The notes below the pieces were generated by a model. That model was not told where the DNA came from and made no database searches. It saw nothing but the letters and a program-made list of their open reading frames with translations. Shown here one piece after another: positions 27,371 to 37,341 of a stretch of DNA of 64,000 nt. The DNA is from Pseudomonadota bacterium. Its GTDB lineage: Bacteria; Myxococcota_A; Bradymonadia; UBA4248. The stretch covers positions 45-64,044 of the forward strand of contig JAFUEE010000163.1 of the NCBI GenBank assembly GCA_017464085.1, written 5' to 3'. The stretch's first letter is position 1. Every line of letters begins with the position of its first letter. Both the position numbers and the translations under genes were made by a program.

Positions 27371-30300
27371 ATTCTGGGTATTGGGCGTATATTTCCGTGA
27401 GCATGTTTTTGGGATATTGATGTTCCGGCAGGATATGAATGAGCGCGCGGTAGATTGTCGCGGCCTCTTTGGGCTGGTTGCATTTATGATATAGAATATC
27501 GGCATATTCGCGGAGCGAATTGCTGGCTGCCGAGATATTGGCATCATGGAGATGCTTTTCAAAATGTTCATGTATTTCAGCGCTGGGCTGTTTGAGCAGG
27601 CAGGCGATTTCGGTCTTTAGGATTTCCAGCAGCTCAGTCCATTCATCCCGTTCGCGGCAGAGATGTTTGTAAATCTCGATGATTGCAAGCTTGTCGACAA
27701 AATCATTGCTTTCGAGAAGTTTGTTGATCTCTGTTTTGGCCGTTTCTATATGCCCAGTTTCGATATGAAGCTTGAGCAGGCGGATCTGGTGCTGTGCCAT
27801 CTGCTTCGAGCCGGGCACGCGGTATTTGCTGATTTCGTTGAGAATCTGAATGGCATTTTCAAAATCCCTTGTGTCGATATAGATTTGCGCCAGAAGCTGC
27901 AGCGCTGTTTCATTGTCTGGAGTTTTGTTGATGATATTTTTGAGCGTTTGAATTGCGAGATCTGTTTCTTTGAGATGTTCATATCTGAGCTGTGCCAGTC
28001 GGAGTTCATATTTTTTGCATTCCTTGGATATCGTGAGTATTTTGCATTTTTTCTGATAGATATCAGCGAGTTCGTGGAAGCATTTGAGTGACTGGTAGAT
28101 GGCTTCAAGGGCGTTGAGCGTCTGTTCGCCGTTTGCGACTTCCGGGCTGATTTGGGATGCGCGTTCCAGAAAAATGCGTGCAGCCTGCGGATCGTGTCGA
28201 TCGTACAGATAAATGCAGCCGATTTCCTGGAGGATTCTTGGCGGCTGTTCCATTTCCGGTATGTCCGAAATGGACTGCAGGAGATGCGCAAGCAGGGCTT
28301 CCGTGTCTCCGCGCAGGCGGGCCCGCATGATCAGGTCTTGTATCGGGGAGGTTTCATCTGAGTCTTCGCTTGAGAGCGTAGATGTATCCGACTGGAAAGC
28401 TGTGGTGACGATCGCAGCCGAAGAAGAGGAGATAATTTCTGAAGATACGGATATGTCGGATGCAGGCAGCTGTGTATAGTCCTGAGTCTTAGGTGCGTTT
28501 GAAAGCGCCGGAATTTCTGAGATAGAGAGCGATCTGGAACTGAGCAGGATAGATGTGAGTGAGGATATGGGATCGAGCGTATTGGAACGGACGGAAAAGC
28601 CGGGTTTGATATCGTTCGGAATGAAGTCGAATTTGTCCGGGTTGATCGGACTGCAGAGTTGGGCTTCGTGATAGAGCGATTGCGCGAGCTGTGTATTGCC
28701 AAGCTTTTCGTTTGTTTCGCTTGCCTCGAGGAGAAGATTCTTTTTTGTCTGGAGATCTTTGGTCGCGCGCGCGAGCTTTTCCAGAACGATTGCAAGCTCG
28801 AAGAATTGGCCGCATTTTCTGAGATACTGGCGCAGCTCGAGAAGGATCGGCATCTGGTTGGGATATCTGTTGTTTACTTTCCTGAGGATGTCGAGAATTT
28901 TTTGTGATCTGGCATTGAGTGATTCCAGGAGTTTGACGAGTTCGAGCGTCTGTTCGACTGCTTTTGCGTTTGGAAGGCTATCGATCAGCTCGATCATTAA
29001 GGCGATCTGTTCATTTGGCTGGTTGTGGCGCTTGCAGCTTTCGATTTGTGTGAGCAGGACGCGAGGATCGTGTCTGGAGATTTTTTGTGCGGCTTCCAGG
29101 TGTTTCTGCGCCTCATCTGGCAGATTGAACTCGCAGTCATAGATATTGTGCAGCGTGAGATGGAGCGTGAGAGCGTCTTCCGGCTGGATGCTGTCCTGGT
29201 TGATTCGAAGGAAATCCAGGCAGGCTTGTATCATTTCAGGAAAGGCATGTTTTTGAGCGAGGATGTCCAGACGTTTGGATAGAAGTGTCATGTCGCCCGG
29301 AATGAGTTTTTGGTGAAGCCCTAAGATGCGGCTGTATGCGGGGTAATCTGGGAGCTTTTCGATCAGGTGTTCGAGCGCGATTGCGGCCTTGATCGCATTT
29401 TGTCTTGTCAGTTCCAGGGCCTGAGCATTGGCTTCAGAGGGGGAATGTTCATCGCGCAGCTTGGCCTGTTCCCAGATGGATATGAGCAAGTCGAAACAGA
29501 GGAGATAGGTATCGACAGCTTCTTCAAAGTTGTCAGAATTTTCGAGGCATTGTGCCAACAGCGAGAGCGTGTCCAGGTTTTGCGGGTCGACATCAAGGAC
29601 TTTTCGGCAGACATTGATGATGGACTGGAGCGGGTCGTTGTGCTCGAACATGGTGTGCGCAAGGCAGACACCGTATTTTGCGATCAGCCGGGGCTTGTCC
29701 GCCTGATTGAGCCAGAGCTGGAGATACTGAATGGCGGTATTGTGGTATTGTGCAAGACAATAGGCATTTGCGAAGGCGATTTTTTCCTCGGGTGTGGAGA
29801 CGCTCTGAATAAGCGGCTTGAGCGATTCGAGGATGGAAACGGCAGAATCGATGCGCTGGAAGCTCTGTGAGAGGATATTGGCGGCATCGAGCATAAGTCG
29901 GATGCGCATGTGAGGCGCATGGGCGCAATCGTGCGCGCGCTGTTGTATGAGAGCGAGCAGCATATCCTCGTCATTTTGCTGCTGGTAGATTTTTTTAAGG
30001 ATATCGAATGCCAGTGGAAACTGTGTAGTGGTGCTGGCTTTGTCGGTCAGCAGGTACAGGCGCACGAGATTTGCGGCATCCGGCGCCCATTTGTTGATGA
30101 AATAGAGCAGCACCTGAAGCCGGCACGGCGATTGAGAAGCTTGTGCTTCGCGGATGGCATTGAGGATGTCTGTTTCCGGCAATGGCTGTCGTGAGCTTGC
30201 CAGAGCATGAATGCGCTCGATGGCTGGGCTTTTGGAAGGCGTGGGCTTGAACTGGAGGGATGCTGTGGAGAACGCCTGTATCTGTGGTGTTTCTGGCAGA

Positions 30301-30968
30301 AAGCTTGTGATGCGGATTGGGGAGCGCGCGGAGCTTGACGCATGGCATTGTTTTCTGTCGAATCGGAGGCGCAGGCCGGAACTGCGCATTTGAAGGGAGA
30401 GCTGTCCTTGCGTGCAGTCGATCGTGCCGCATTCCAGGGCATTGAACAGCCATGCAATCAGATTGAGCGAGAACGTGGCTTTGTCAGGCTGGAAGCTGGC
30501 ATGGACAGCATTTGGCATATCGTGTTCGAAAGACTGCGCCATATTGGCGAGCAGGTCGCATGCGAGATCGTATGGAGCGCGAGGTGACAGGCCGAAAACC
30601 GTGATGGCGGATATGGCAAATGTGAGAACGGAGGGGGAGGGCGTTTTGATGTGCCATAGGATTTCCAGAGCGTAATCGCCGCAGATGCTGAGGCTGGCAA
30701 GCGCGTGATCGCGTGTGAGGTAAAATCGCGTGCTGGGGTGGAAATCGTCTATGGAGGAGTCTGTCAGCCGTTCATAAAGCTGTGAGATGAGGCCTGAAGC
30801 GAGTATTGCGTGAAAGGTGATGAGTCTTGGCGTATGCCCGGGCTTGTTCTCGACAGTCAGTTCCTGAATGAAGAGCTGCGGGGAGCATGCATAGTTCTGC
30901 AGGACTAGCCTTGGGATTGCTCTGTGGTGTTCTGTTCGGATCGGGAATGCTGGCGGGAATAGTGACAT
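27345..30968 (-). CDS. Large tetratricopeptide-repeat (TPR) protein
   Basis: 1207 aa. Many 34-residue TPR-like repeats with the W-LG-Y/A-F-A-P pattern throughout the C-terminal 800 aa, plus a Ser-rich linker. Confidence 0.7.
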   Translation of the reverse strand: MSLFPPAFPIRTEHHRAIPRLVLQNYACSPQLFIQELTVENKPGHTPRLITFHAILASGLISQLYERLTDSSIDDFHPSTRFYLTRDHALASLSICGDYALEILWHIKTPSPSVLTFAISAITVFGLSPRAPYDLACDLLANMAQSFEHDMPNAVHASFQPDKATFSLNLIAWLFNALECGTIDCTQGQLSLQMRSSGLRLRFDRKQCHASSSARSPIRITSFLPETPQIQAFSTASLQFKPTPSKSPAIERIHALASSRQPLPETDILNAIREAQASQSPCRLQVLLYFINKWAPDAANLVRLYLLTDKASTTTQFPLAFDILKKIYQQQNDEDMLLALIQQRAHDCAHAPHMRIRLMLDAANILSQSFQRIDSAVSILESLKPLIQSVSTPEEKIAFANAYCLAQYHNTAIQYLQLWLNQADKPRLIAKYGVCLAHTMFEHNDPLQSIINVCRKVLDVDPQNLDTLSLLAQCLENSDNFEEAVDTYLLCFDLLISIWEQAKLRDEHSPSEANAQALELTRQNAIKAAIALEHLIEKLPDYPAYSRILGLHQKLIPGDMTLLSKRLDILAQKHAFPEMIQACLDFLRINQDSIQPEDALTLHLTLHNIYDCEFNLPDEAQKHLEAAQKISRHDPRVLLTQIESCKRHNQPNEQIALMIELIDSLPNAKAVEQTLELVKLLESLNARSQKILDILRKVNNRYPNQMPILLELRQYLRKCGQFFELAIVLEKLARATKDLQTKKNLLLEASETNEKLGNTQLAQSLYHEAQLCSPINPDKFDFIPNDIKPGFSVRSNTLDPISSLTSILLSSRSLSISEIPALSNAPKTQDYTQLPASDISVSSEIISSSSAAIVTTAFQSDTSTLSSEDSDETSPIQDLIMRARLRGDTEALLAHLLQSISDIPEMEQPPRILQEIGCIYLYDRHDPQAARIFLERASQISPEVANGEQTLNALEAIYQSLKCFHELADIYQKKCKILTISKECKKYELRLAQLRYEHLKETDLAIQTLKNIINKTPDNETALQLLAQIYIDTRDFENAIQILNEISKYRVPGSKQMAQHQIRLLKLHIETGHIETAKTEINKLLESNDFVDKLAIIEIYKHLCRERDEWTELLEILKTEIACLLKQPSAEIHEHFEKHLHDANISAASNSLREYADILYHKCNQPKEAATIYRALIHILPEHQYPKNMLTEIYAQYPEFNISDSDF

Positions 30969-31110
30969 ATCGGGAGGAAAGTTTTGCCGGCCGAGGGCCG
31001 GATGTAAAAAAACGCGTTCGTATTGAGGCGGAACGCCGAAATAGAACGCGCAAAGCGCCGCGTATCGGGCATTGCCCGATAGCGGTGTACCAAAATCGAA
31101 ATGCGGATGA

Positions 31111-32598
31111 TCAGCGGATCGGCTTGCCCTGTGCGGACCAGAATTCTGGATCGGGGAGTTTGAGGTTGTCGATATCCTTGAGTTGTTCGAGGATGGCCGC
31201 CTTGTCGCCGACGAGTACGATCAATGCCTGATCGAGCGTTGGAAATTCGCGCGCAACGGCGTTGAATTCATCAGGCGTGAACGTTTCGATCTGGCGCGCG
31301 AAATCGTTGATTGCATTGACAGGCTTGCGGTTGAGATAGAGGCCGGCGATGGTCGTGAGCGCCCCGAAGTGTGTCTCGAAGGACTGCACGAATTCAGATT
31401 TCCAGGTTTCGCGGGCGCGCTCGAATTCTTCCTTGGTGAAGTCTCCGGTGGGGAGCTTTCCGAGCTCATAGATGAATTCGCGGAGCGCGAGGCCAGTGAC
31501 CTTGGTCTCGACAGAGGATGAGGAGAGCAGGACGCCAGAGAGTTTCATGGGGGAAACGGCTGAGTTGGCGCCGTATGCGAAGCCTTTGTCTTCGCGGATA
31601 TTCTGCATGAGCCTGCTGGTGAACGAGCCGCCGAACGGGATGTTGAGGAACTGCCATGGGAGCGTCTTGAGCGAAGTGGCGGGAATCGCGGGCTGATAGA
31701 TGCGGATGACGGTCTGTGGTGCGGCGGGCTTGTCCACGATGATCAGGCGCATTTTTTCCTGCCGGCTGACGAACATTTCTGGCTGGGACTGCGCGGGTTC
31801 GGGGAGCTTTTGAACGCCGAAGCGTTTGTCGAGCATGTCGCGCACGGTTTCTGCGGGCAGATTGCCGACAGCGAAGAATGCCGGGGGCGTGTTTTGGAAG
31901 ATGGCCTGATAATCGGCGCGGATATCCTCGATCGAGAGCGCGGCGATGCTGGCTTCGGTGCCGTCTGCGGATCGCGCATAGGGATGGCCTTCGAAATAGG
32001 CTGCATTGGAGACGATTTTGGCGATCGCGTTGGGATTGTCCTGCTGCTGTTTGAGGCCGTTGAGGACAAGTTTCTGGATGCGTTCGAAGGATTCCTGCGT
32101 GAAGTCCGGATGGTGCCAGATTTCGTCGAGGATATCGAGGGAACGCTCGAAGAACTGCGAGAGGACCTGGATGGTGATGTGCGCGTTGTCCTGGGTGACA
32201 TTCGGGGAGATGGTGGCGCCGATGAATTCGATATCGTCGGAAATCTGCTGGGCCGTCCTGCCGTTCGCGCCTTCCTTGAGCAGTGCGGCAGTCATGTTTG
32301 CGCAGCCGGTTTTTGCGGGATCGTCGCTTGAAGCGCCGCGCTCGAAGATGACGCGCATGGTCATGAGCGGCACGAGTTCGTTCTGGATGTACCAGAAGTG
32401 CGCGCCGTTGCTGAGTGTCATCTGGATCGGGAGCGGATGCTGAAACGTTTTTGCAGGCGGTATCTCGGGGAGGTCGAAATCTGTATTCTGAGTCATGGGT
32501 GCGGTTTCCTGAGTGGCATGTTGTGGAGACGGCTTGGCGGCGCATGCGCAGAGCAGCGCGCCGGAGATCATGAGGAGCGCAGCGGTCCTGAAGTTCAT
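31111..32598 (-). CDS. M16-family (pitrilysin-like) peptidase subunit, lipoprotein; no HxxEH motif (probably the non-catalytic partner)
   Basis: Signal peptide and lipobox LLCAC. M16 N- and C-domain architecture. I did not find an HxxEH zinc motif. Confidence 0.7.
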   Translation of the reverse strand: MNFRTAALLMISGALLCACAAKPSPQHATQETAPMTQNTDFDLPEIPPAKTFQHPLPIQMTLSNGAHFWYIQNELVPLMTMRVIFERGASSDDPAKTGCANMTAALLKEGANGRTAQQISDDIEFIGATISPNVTQDNAHITIQVLSQFFERSLDILDEIWHHPDFTQESFERIQKLVLNGLKQQQDNPNAIAKIVSNAAYFEGHPYARSADGTEASIAALSIEDIRADYQAIFQNTPPAFFAVGNLPAETVRDMLDKRFGVQKLPEPAQSQPEMFVSRQEKMRLIIVDKPAAPQTVIRIYQPAIPATSLKTLPWQFLNIPFGGSFTSRLMQNIREDKGFAYGANSAVSPMKLSGVLLSSSSVETKVTGLALREFIYELGKLPTGDFTKEEFERARETWKSEFVQSFETHFGALTTIAGLYLNRKPVNAINDFARQIETFTPDEFNAVAREFPTLDQALIVLVGDKAAILEQLKDIDNLKLPDPEFWSAQGKPIR

Positions 32599-34025
32599 GG
32601 CCTGTCCTCTCCTTTTTTCGGAATGACAGTGATGACCGCTCTCCGTGAATCATCGGAGAACATCATGCGGACGGTGTCCGTGAGCGTTTCGACGGAGGCG
32701 TTTCTGTACCTGTTGAGGTCGCCTGCGGGGAAATCGGTATCATGCGCGTAGAAATAATAGCTGTTGAAGTTGTCTGCGCGAGTGCCGATGGACTGGAGCT
32801 GCATGACGAAAGCGGTCTCGATCGAGTTTCGCGTGCGCGCGAATTCGTCTTTGGAGATGCCGTTTGCGAGCAGGTCTTTGAATTCCGCGAGGATTTCGGC
32901 TTCAAGCGTGTCTGTGGAGACTCCGGGAAGCGGAATCGCATCCACGATGAAGACGGATGCTTCGCCGGACATCTGCCCGCAAGAGAGGTTTGAAGCGAGC
33001 TGTTTGTCATAGATGAGGCGCTTGATGAGGCGAGAGTTTTTCCCCTTGCAGAGGATATTGGAGAGGATGTCGAGCTCGGCGTCGCCTTTTTCCATGATTG
33101 CCGGGGAATGGAAGAGCATGGTCAGTCGCGGGAGCTGGACCGTTTCGTCCTCGATGGTTGCGCGTGTTGTGACGGGCGCAGTGAGCTGCGGTATTGCGAC
33201 GGGCGCGGGTTTCGGCTTTTTGGGAATGGCGCCGAAATATTTTTCGATGAGCGCGCGCGCGTTTGCCTTGTCAAAATCGCCGCCGACGACGAGCGTGGCA
33301 TTGGCGGGGACATAATAGGTGTTGAAGAAATCGATGACATTTTCGAGCGTGGCGGCCTTGATATCTTCGACGGAGCCGATGACGGGATGCCCGTAGGGGT
33401 GCGATTCGGGATAGAGGATGCGGGGCATTTCGAGCCAGATTTTGCCATAGGGCTGATTTTCGTAAGATTCCCGGCGTTCGTTGAGGACGACATCGCGCTG
33501 TTTGTCGAGCTTTTCCTGAGTCATGGCATCGGGGAGATGTGCGAAGCGGTCTGCCTCGATGAACAGGACTGTCTCGAGCATATTTTCGGGGGCGACGGTG
33601 TAATAGTTCGTCACATCTTCGCGCGTGGACGCATTGTTGGAGCCGCCGCCGCTTTCGAGGAGCAGGTCGATGTTCGGGACTTTGTCGGTGCCCATGAACA
33701 TGAGGTGTTCGAAGAGGTGCGCGAAGCCGGTGCGGCCCGGCGCTTCATTCTTGGAGCCGACGTTGAACCAGAGGTTGACGGCGATGATAGGCAGTGAATT
33801 GTCCTGAAGCAGAAAGACTTTGAGACCATTTTCGAGCGTGAACTGATCAAATGGGATAGTGATATTTTCCTGGACCATTGGGATCTCCTGTGCGTCGGAT
33901 CTGGCCGTGATCCGGGCGTTCTGAGTCGTTGTGTCCGGCGCGGCGTGATCTGTGTCACCCGCGTGCGCCGGGGATGCAAGAGCGAGCGTTGCCATGAGGC
34001 TGAGCAGCAGGTGTTTGAGTTTCAT
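32595..34025 (-). CDS. M16-family zinc peptidase (HxxEH)
   Basis: GFAHLFEHLMFMGT is an inverted zincin HxxEH motif. I chose the start at Met 34025 (MKLKHLLLSLMATLALASPAHA signal peptide); the longer ORF (to 34142) would run through a REP-like element. Confidence 0.8.
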   Translation of the reverse strand: MKLKHLLLSLMATLALASPAHAGDTDHAAPDTTTQNARITARSDAQEIPMVQENITIPFDQFTLENGLKVFLLQDNSLPIIAVNLWFNVGSKNEAPGRTGFAHLFEHLMFMGTDKVPNIDLLLESGGGSNNASTREDVTNYYTVAPENMLETVLFIEADRFAHLPDAMTQEKLDKQRDVVLNERRESYENQPYGKIWLEMPRILYPESHPYGHPVIGSVEDIKAATLENVIDFFNTYYVPANATLVVGGDFDKANARALIEKYFGAIPKKPKPAPVAIPQLTAPVTTRATIEDETVQLPRLTMLFHSPAIMEKGDAELDILSNILCKGKNSRLIKRLIYDKQLASNLSCGQMSGEASVFIVDAIPLPGVSTDTLEAEILAEFKDLLANGISKDEFARTRNSIETAFVMQLQSIGTRADNFNSYYFYAHDTDFPAGDLNRYRNASVETLTDTVRMMFSDDSRRAVITVIPKKGEDRP

Positions 34026-34096
34026 AAAAATCCTTGAACGGTATGTATATTTTGTGCGGCTTGCTTTCTGCGCACGCGCAGATACGCTCGCCAGGT

Positions 34097-34124
34097 GGCG
34101 GCTATCACTTCGTGATACGCCGCC
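34097..34124. repeat. REP-like palindrome
   Basis: GGCGGCTATCAC-ttc-GTGATACGCCGCC, between xseB and the M16 gene. Confidence 0.6.
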
Positions 34125-34156
34125 ACTGAACATCCGGAACATCTGCCGGCTGGATG

Positions 34157-34366
34157 TCAGGCATCTTTCATGGCGTTGAGCTTATCGAGCGCCGCATTGA
34201 TCTTTATGCCTGTGCTGACGAGTTTGTTCTGGCATTTTTCGATGAGCGCGGTGGCTTCATTGACGAGCTCGAGCATTTTGTCGATATCGCAGTCTTTCTG
34301 CCCGAGGAGGTCAACGATCTGCTGGATTCGCTGTATATCCTGTGTGTAAGTCGATTGTTCTTCCAT
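34157..34366 (-). CDS. xseB: Exodeoxyribonuclease VII small subunit
   Basis: 69 aa, MEEQSTYTQDIQRIQQIVDLLGQ...LELVNEATALIEKCQNKL, matching the XseB helical-hairpin pattern. It starts at an internal Met of a longer ORF. Confidence 0.8.
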   Translation of the reverse strand: MEEQSTYTQDIQRIQQIVDLLGQKDCDIDKMLELVNEATALIEKCQNKLVSTGIKINAALDKLNAMKDA

Positions 34367-34443
34367 ATTTGTTCTCTGGTGCGTGGCCCGCAGAAACGCA
34401 CGTGTGGATGCGGGTGCGGGGCTGAAATCATGGTGTGTCTGAA

Positions 34444-36297
34444 TTAAGAGCGTTCGATTTGTTCGATGGTGACGCGCAGTTTTCCGTCCCTGAGGCGGAT
34501 GATCAGCGTATCGTTCTGCTTGACGTGTTCGACGGAGGCGACAGGGCGCCCGTCGGCCGTGCTGACGGCGGCGAAGCCCCTGACGAGTATCGCCTCGGGG
34601 CTGAGCTGTTTGATCGATCGGGCGCACTGCGCGAGTGTTTCTTCGGCGTTTGCGGAGCCTTTTTGGAGGCGTTCGGCGCACATGGCCGCGAGCTGGCAGG
34701 TCAGTCCGCGCGCAGCCTGCAGGCGATTGTCTGTGATATTCTTGATATCCGCGACGAGCGCATCGAGGTCATGCGCCTCGGATGTGCGTTTCTGGAATGC
34801 GAGCGATGCGATCTTGAATTTTACGTCCTGAAGCATGGCGCTCTGCATGTTGGCATGAGCAGTCACGTTGTCCCTGAGCCTGGCATTGCAGGTTCTGAGC
34901 TGCGTGTCTTTGGCGTGCAGCATGTCGAGCGTGGCAGTCCGGAGGTCGGACTGGAGCCTGGAGAGGGTTTGCTGTGCATAGAGGCGATGGTCTGCCAGCA
35001 TGCTTCTGCACTGGCTGGATAGGCTGTTGAGCCTGTTGGCGGTGTCTTCGAGTGCTTTGACGGTGCGATCCTCGATTTTATGGCGAGATTCGTCGAGCGT
35101 CTGTTTGACGGCGGATGCTTTGTCGATCAGGTAATTGCAGACCATGCTCGGCGTGGACATGCTGATTGAGATGTCGTCGATGATCGTCGTGTCTTTTTCG
35201 TGCCCGATGCCGCAGATGAACTTGAGATTGGATCGCGCGATATATTCTGCGACTTTGAGGTTGTTGAAATCCCAAAGGTCTGCAGAACTTCCGCCGCCGC
35301 GCAGGATGATGCCGTAGTCGAATTGCTGTATGCCGATTTTTTCGAGCAGTTCAAATGCGGCCAGAAAGCTCGGTTCGAGATCGGCGCCCTGGAGCGTGAC
35401 ATTGAATAGCGTGATTTCGAAATTATAGCCGCCGCGCCTGAGATTTTTGTAAAAATCTTCGTTTCCTGCCGCAGTCATGTTCGAAAAGACCGCGAGCCTG
35501 AGGGGCAGGTAGGGTTCGGACAGTGTCTTGTTTCGGTCGTAGATGCCGAGGCTGATGAGCCTGGCACGTATCTGTTCGCGTTGCCGGAGCTTTTCTTCAG
35601 TGGCGAAGGTCTCGTCAATTTCCTCGATATAGAAAGACATCTGGCCTCTGGCCGGATAATAGCCGAGCTTACCGAGCACGCGGATGGCTTCCCTGTCTTT
35701 GAATGGTCTCAGCTTTCCGGCGGAGATCCGTGACTGGAACTCGCTGTATTTGGAGCTCCAGATGACAGCATAGAGCTTGTCGGTCGTGGATGTATTGTGA
35801 GTGTCCAGCGTTTCGAGCTGATTGTCAGAATAATGGAGCATTGTCAGGTAGATATGCCCGTTGTTCTTGAAGTCAGTGACGATGCCTTTGATCCATACAG
35901 GTTTGGGGAATGATGTGGCGATGCAGTTTTTGATGAGGGTTGAGAGCTCCTGGATAGAATAGGTCCTGTCCGTCGTGCGTGGAGGCGGTTGCATGAGAGT
36001 TTTTGTTGCGGTAGTCCTGTATGCCGTCTGTGCCGGTGCATTGTGCTGTCCAGTCGGCGTGGCGGGGAGATATTCCGAATAGCCGGAAGCGTCCAGAATG
36101 ATTCTGAGCTGTTCAAATGCGGGAGGTTGTGCGCACCAGTAGCCTTTCTGGTTGTGTTCGTTGAATTTATATACGGCACCGGCAGCCTGAATGGCATTGA
36201 GCACGGTCTGGTCGTCGCAGCACGCGATGACCCAGACCTGTCCCTGGAGCATATATTTTCTACTGTCGTTAGATTTAATCCTGTCTGCCATGATCAT
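34444..36297 (-). CDS. xseA: Exodeoxyribonuclease VII large subunit, possibly with a roughly 100-aa N-terminal extension
   Basis: OB-fold start 'YSIQELSTLIKNCIATSFPKPVWIKGIVTDF', the catalytic region, and a long helical C-terminus. The ORF extends about 100 aa upstream of the canonical start (alternative Met at about 35994). Confidence 0.8.
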   Translation of the reverse strand: MIMADRIKSNDSRKYMLQGQVWVIACCDDQTVLNAIQAAGAVYKFNEHNQKGYWCAQPPAFEQLRIILDASGYSEYLPATPTGQHNAPAQTAYRTTATKTLMQPPPRTTDRTYSIQELSTLIKNCIATSFPKPVWIKGIVTDFKNNGHIYLTMLHYSDNQLETLDTHNTSTTDKLYAVIWSSKYSEFQSRISAGKLRPFKDREAIRVLGKLGYYPARGQMSFYIEEIDETFATEEKLRQREQIRARLISLGIYDRNKTLSEPYLPLRLAVFSNMTAAGNEDFYKNLRRGGYNFEITLFNVTLQGADLEPSFLAAFELLEKIGIQQFDYGIILRGGGSSADLWDFNNLKVAEYIARSNLKFICGIGHEKDTTIIDDISISMSTPSMVCNYLIDKASAVKQTLDESRHKIEDRTVKALEDTANRLNSLSSQCRSMLADHRLYAQQTLSRLQSDLRTATLDMLHAKDTQLRTCNARLRDNVTAHANMQSAMLQDVKFKIASLAFQKRTSEAHDLDALVADIKNITDNRLQAARGLTCQLAAMCAERLQKGSANAEETLAQCARSIKQLSPEAILVRGFAAVSTADGRPVASVEHVKQNDTLIIRLRDGKLRVTIEQIERS

Positions 36298-36557
36298 TGC
36301 CCATATTCAAATCTGTGAACAATCTAACTTATTTATATGAAAAGGACAATTTGAATCACGATGTGCGCGGATGTGGTACAGATGATTTGGGGATTATTTT
36401 GCTGTGCGAAAACGATGATTTCATATTGCGTGCGTTTGTAGAGATATGATAATACAGTAATGCTATATAGGTTGCGGCCTGGATTTGGGCCGTAGAAAGG
36501 TTGCGGCTTAAGGTATGGCCGTATTTATTTGACACGAGAAAGGAAGTTTAGAGGTTC

Positions 36558-37202
36558 ATGAGGCGGCGTCAGACAGGCCCCGGCGTTCCGGGCGAGGAGA
36601 ATCAGTACAGAATCAACCACCAGATTCGCATCGCGCAGATTCTGGTTATTGGCCCAGAGGGGGACAAGCTTGGTGTGATGAGTCCCGATGAGGCGCGTTC
36701 AATTGCGTCCGAGCACGGGCTTGATCTTGTAGAAGTCGCGCCGAATGCCAAGCCGCCAGTCTGCCGAATCATGGATTTTGGCAAGTTTAGATATGAGCAG
36801 GCCAAAAAAGCTTCCAGCTCGAAGGCTGCGAAAGTCGACTTGAAAGAGCTTCGTCTCCGTCCCAAGACGGATGACCACGATATGGAAACTATGGTTCGCA
36901 AGGCCAAAGGGTTCATCGCGCATGGCGACCGTGTGCGCCTCGTCATGAGACTGCGCGGGCGTGAGCAGTCCCATGCGGAGCTCTGGCTCGACAAAATGGT
37001 CGAGATCATCAATATGTTCACCGATTGCGCCTCTGTCGCTCAGCCGGCCAAAGTCGAAGGCAAAATGATCACGGCGACAATCGAGCCCATGAATAATGCC
37101 GATAAGGACAAGGCTGAAAAAGCCGCGAAGGCTGACAAGCCTGCTGTGTCTGAAAAATCAGACAAGCCGGCGAAAACGCCTGAAAAAACGGACGGCAAGT
37201 AG
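36558..37202 (+). CDS. infC: Translation initiation factor IF-3 with a Lys/Ala-rich C-terminal tail
   Basis: RINHQIRIAQILVIGPEGDKLGVMSPDEARSIASEHGLDLVEVAP...; C-terminal 'DKDKAEKAAKADKPAVSEKSDKPAKTPEKTDGK'. The exact start is uncertain (infC often uses AUU); ATG 36558 has a GAAAGGAAG RBS. Confidence 0.85.
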   Translation: MRRRQTGPGVPGEENQYRINHQIRIAQILVIGPEGDKLGVMSPDEARSIASEHGLDLVEVAPNAKPPVCRIMDFGKFRYEQAKKASSSKAAKVDLKELRLRPKTDDHDMETMVRKAKGFIAHGDRVRLVMRLRGREQSHAELWLDKMVEIINMFTDCASVAQPAKVEGKMITATIEPMNNADKDKAEKAAKADKPAVSEKSDKPAKTPEKTDGK

Positions 37203-37223
37203 CTTTTCAGAGCCATTCATCCA

Positions 37224-37262
37224 GAAGCCCTCTCGCATTGTGAGAGGGCTTCTTTCTTAGTG
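37224..37262 (+). terminator. Intrinsic terminator after infC
   Basis: AGAAGCCCTCTC-gcattgt-GAGAGGGCTTCT followed by TTCTT. Confidence 0.6.
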
Positions 37263-37341
37263 TGCTTGACGTCTGTGCGTTTTTATGGGGTGAGGCTATT
37301 GTGAATGCGCTCCTGAGCCGCCTGAGTTGTGATGTGTATCA

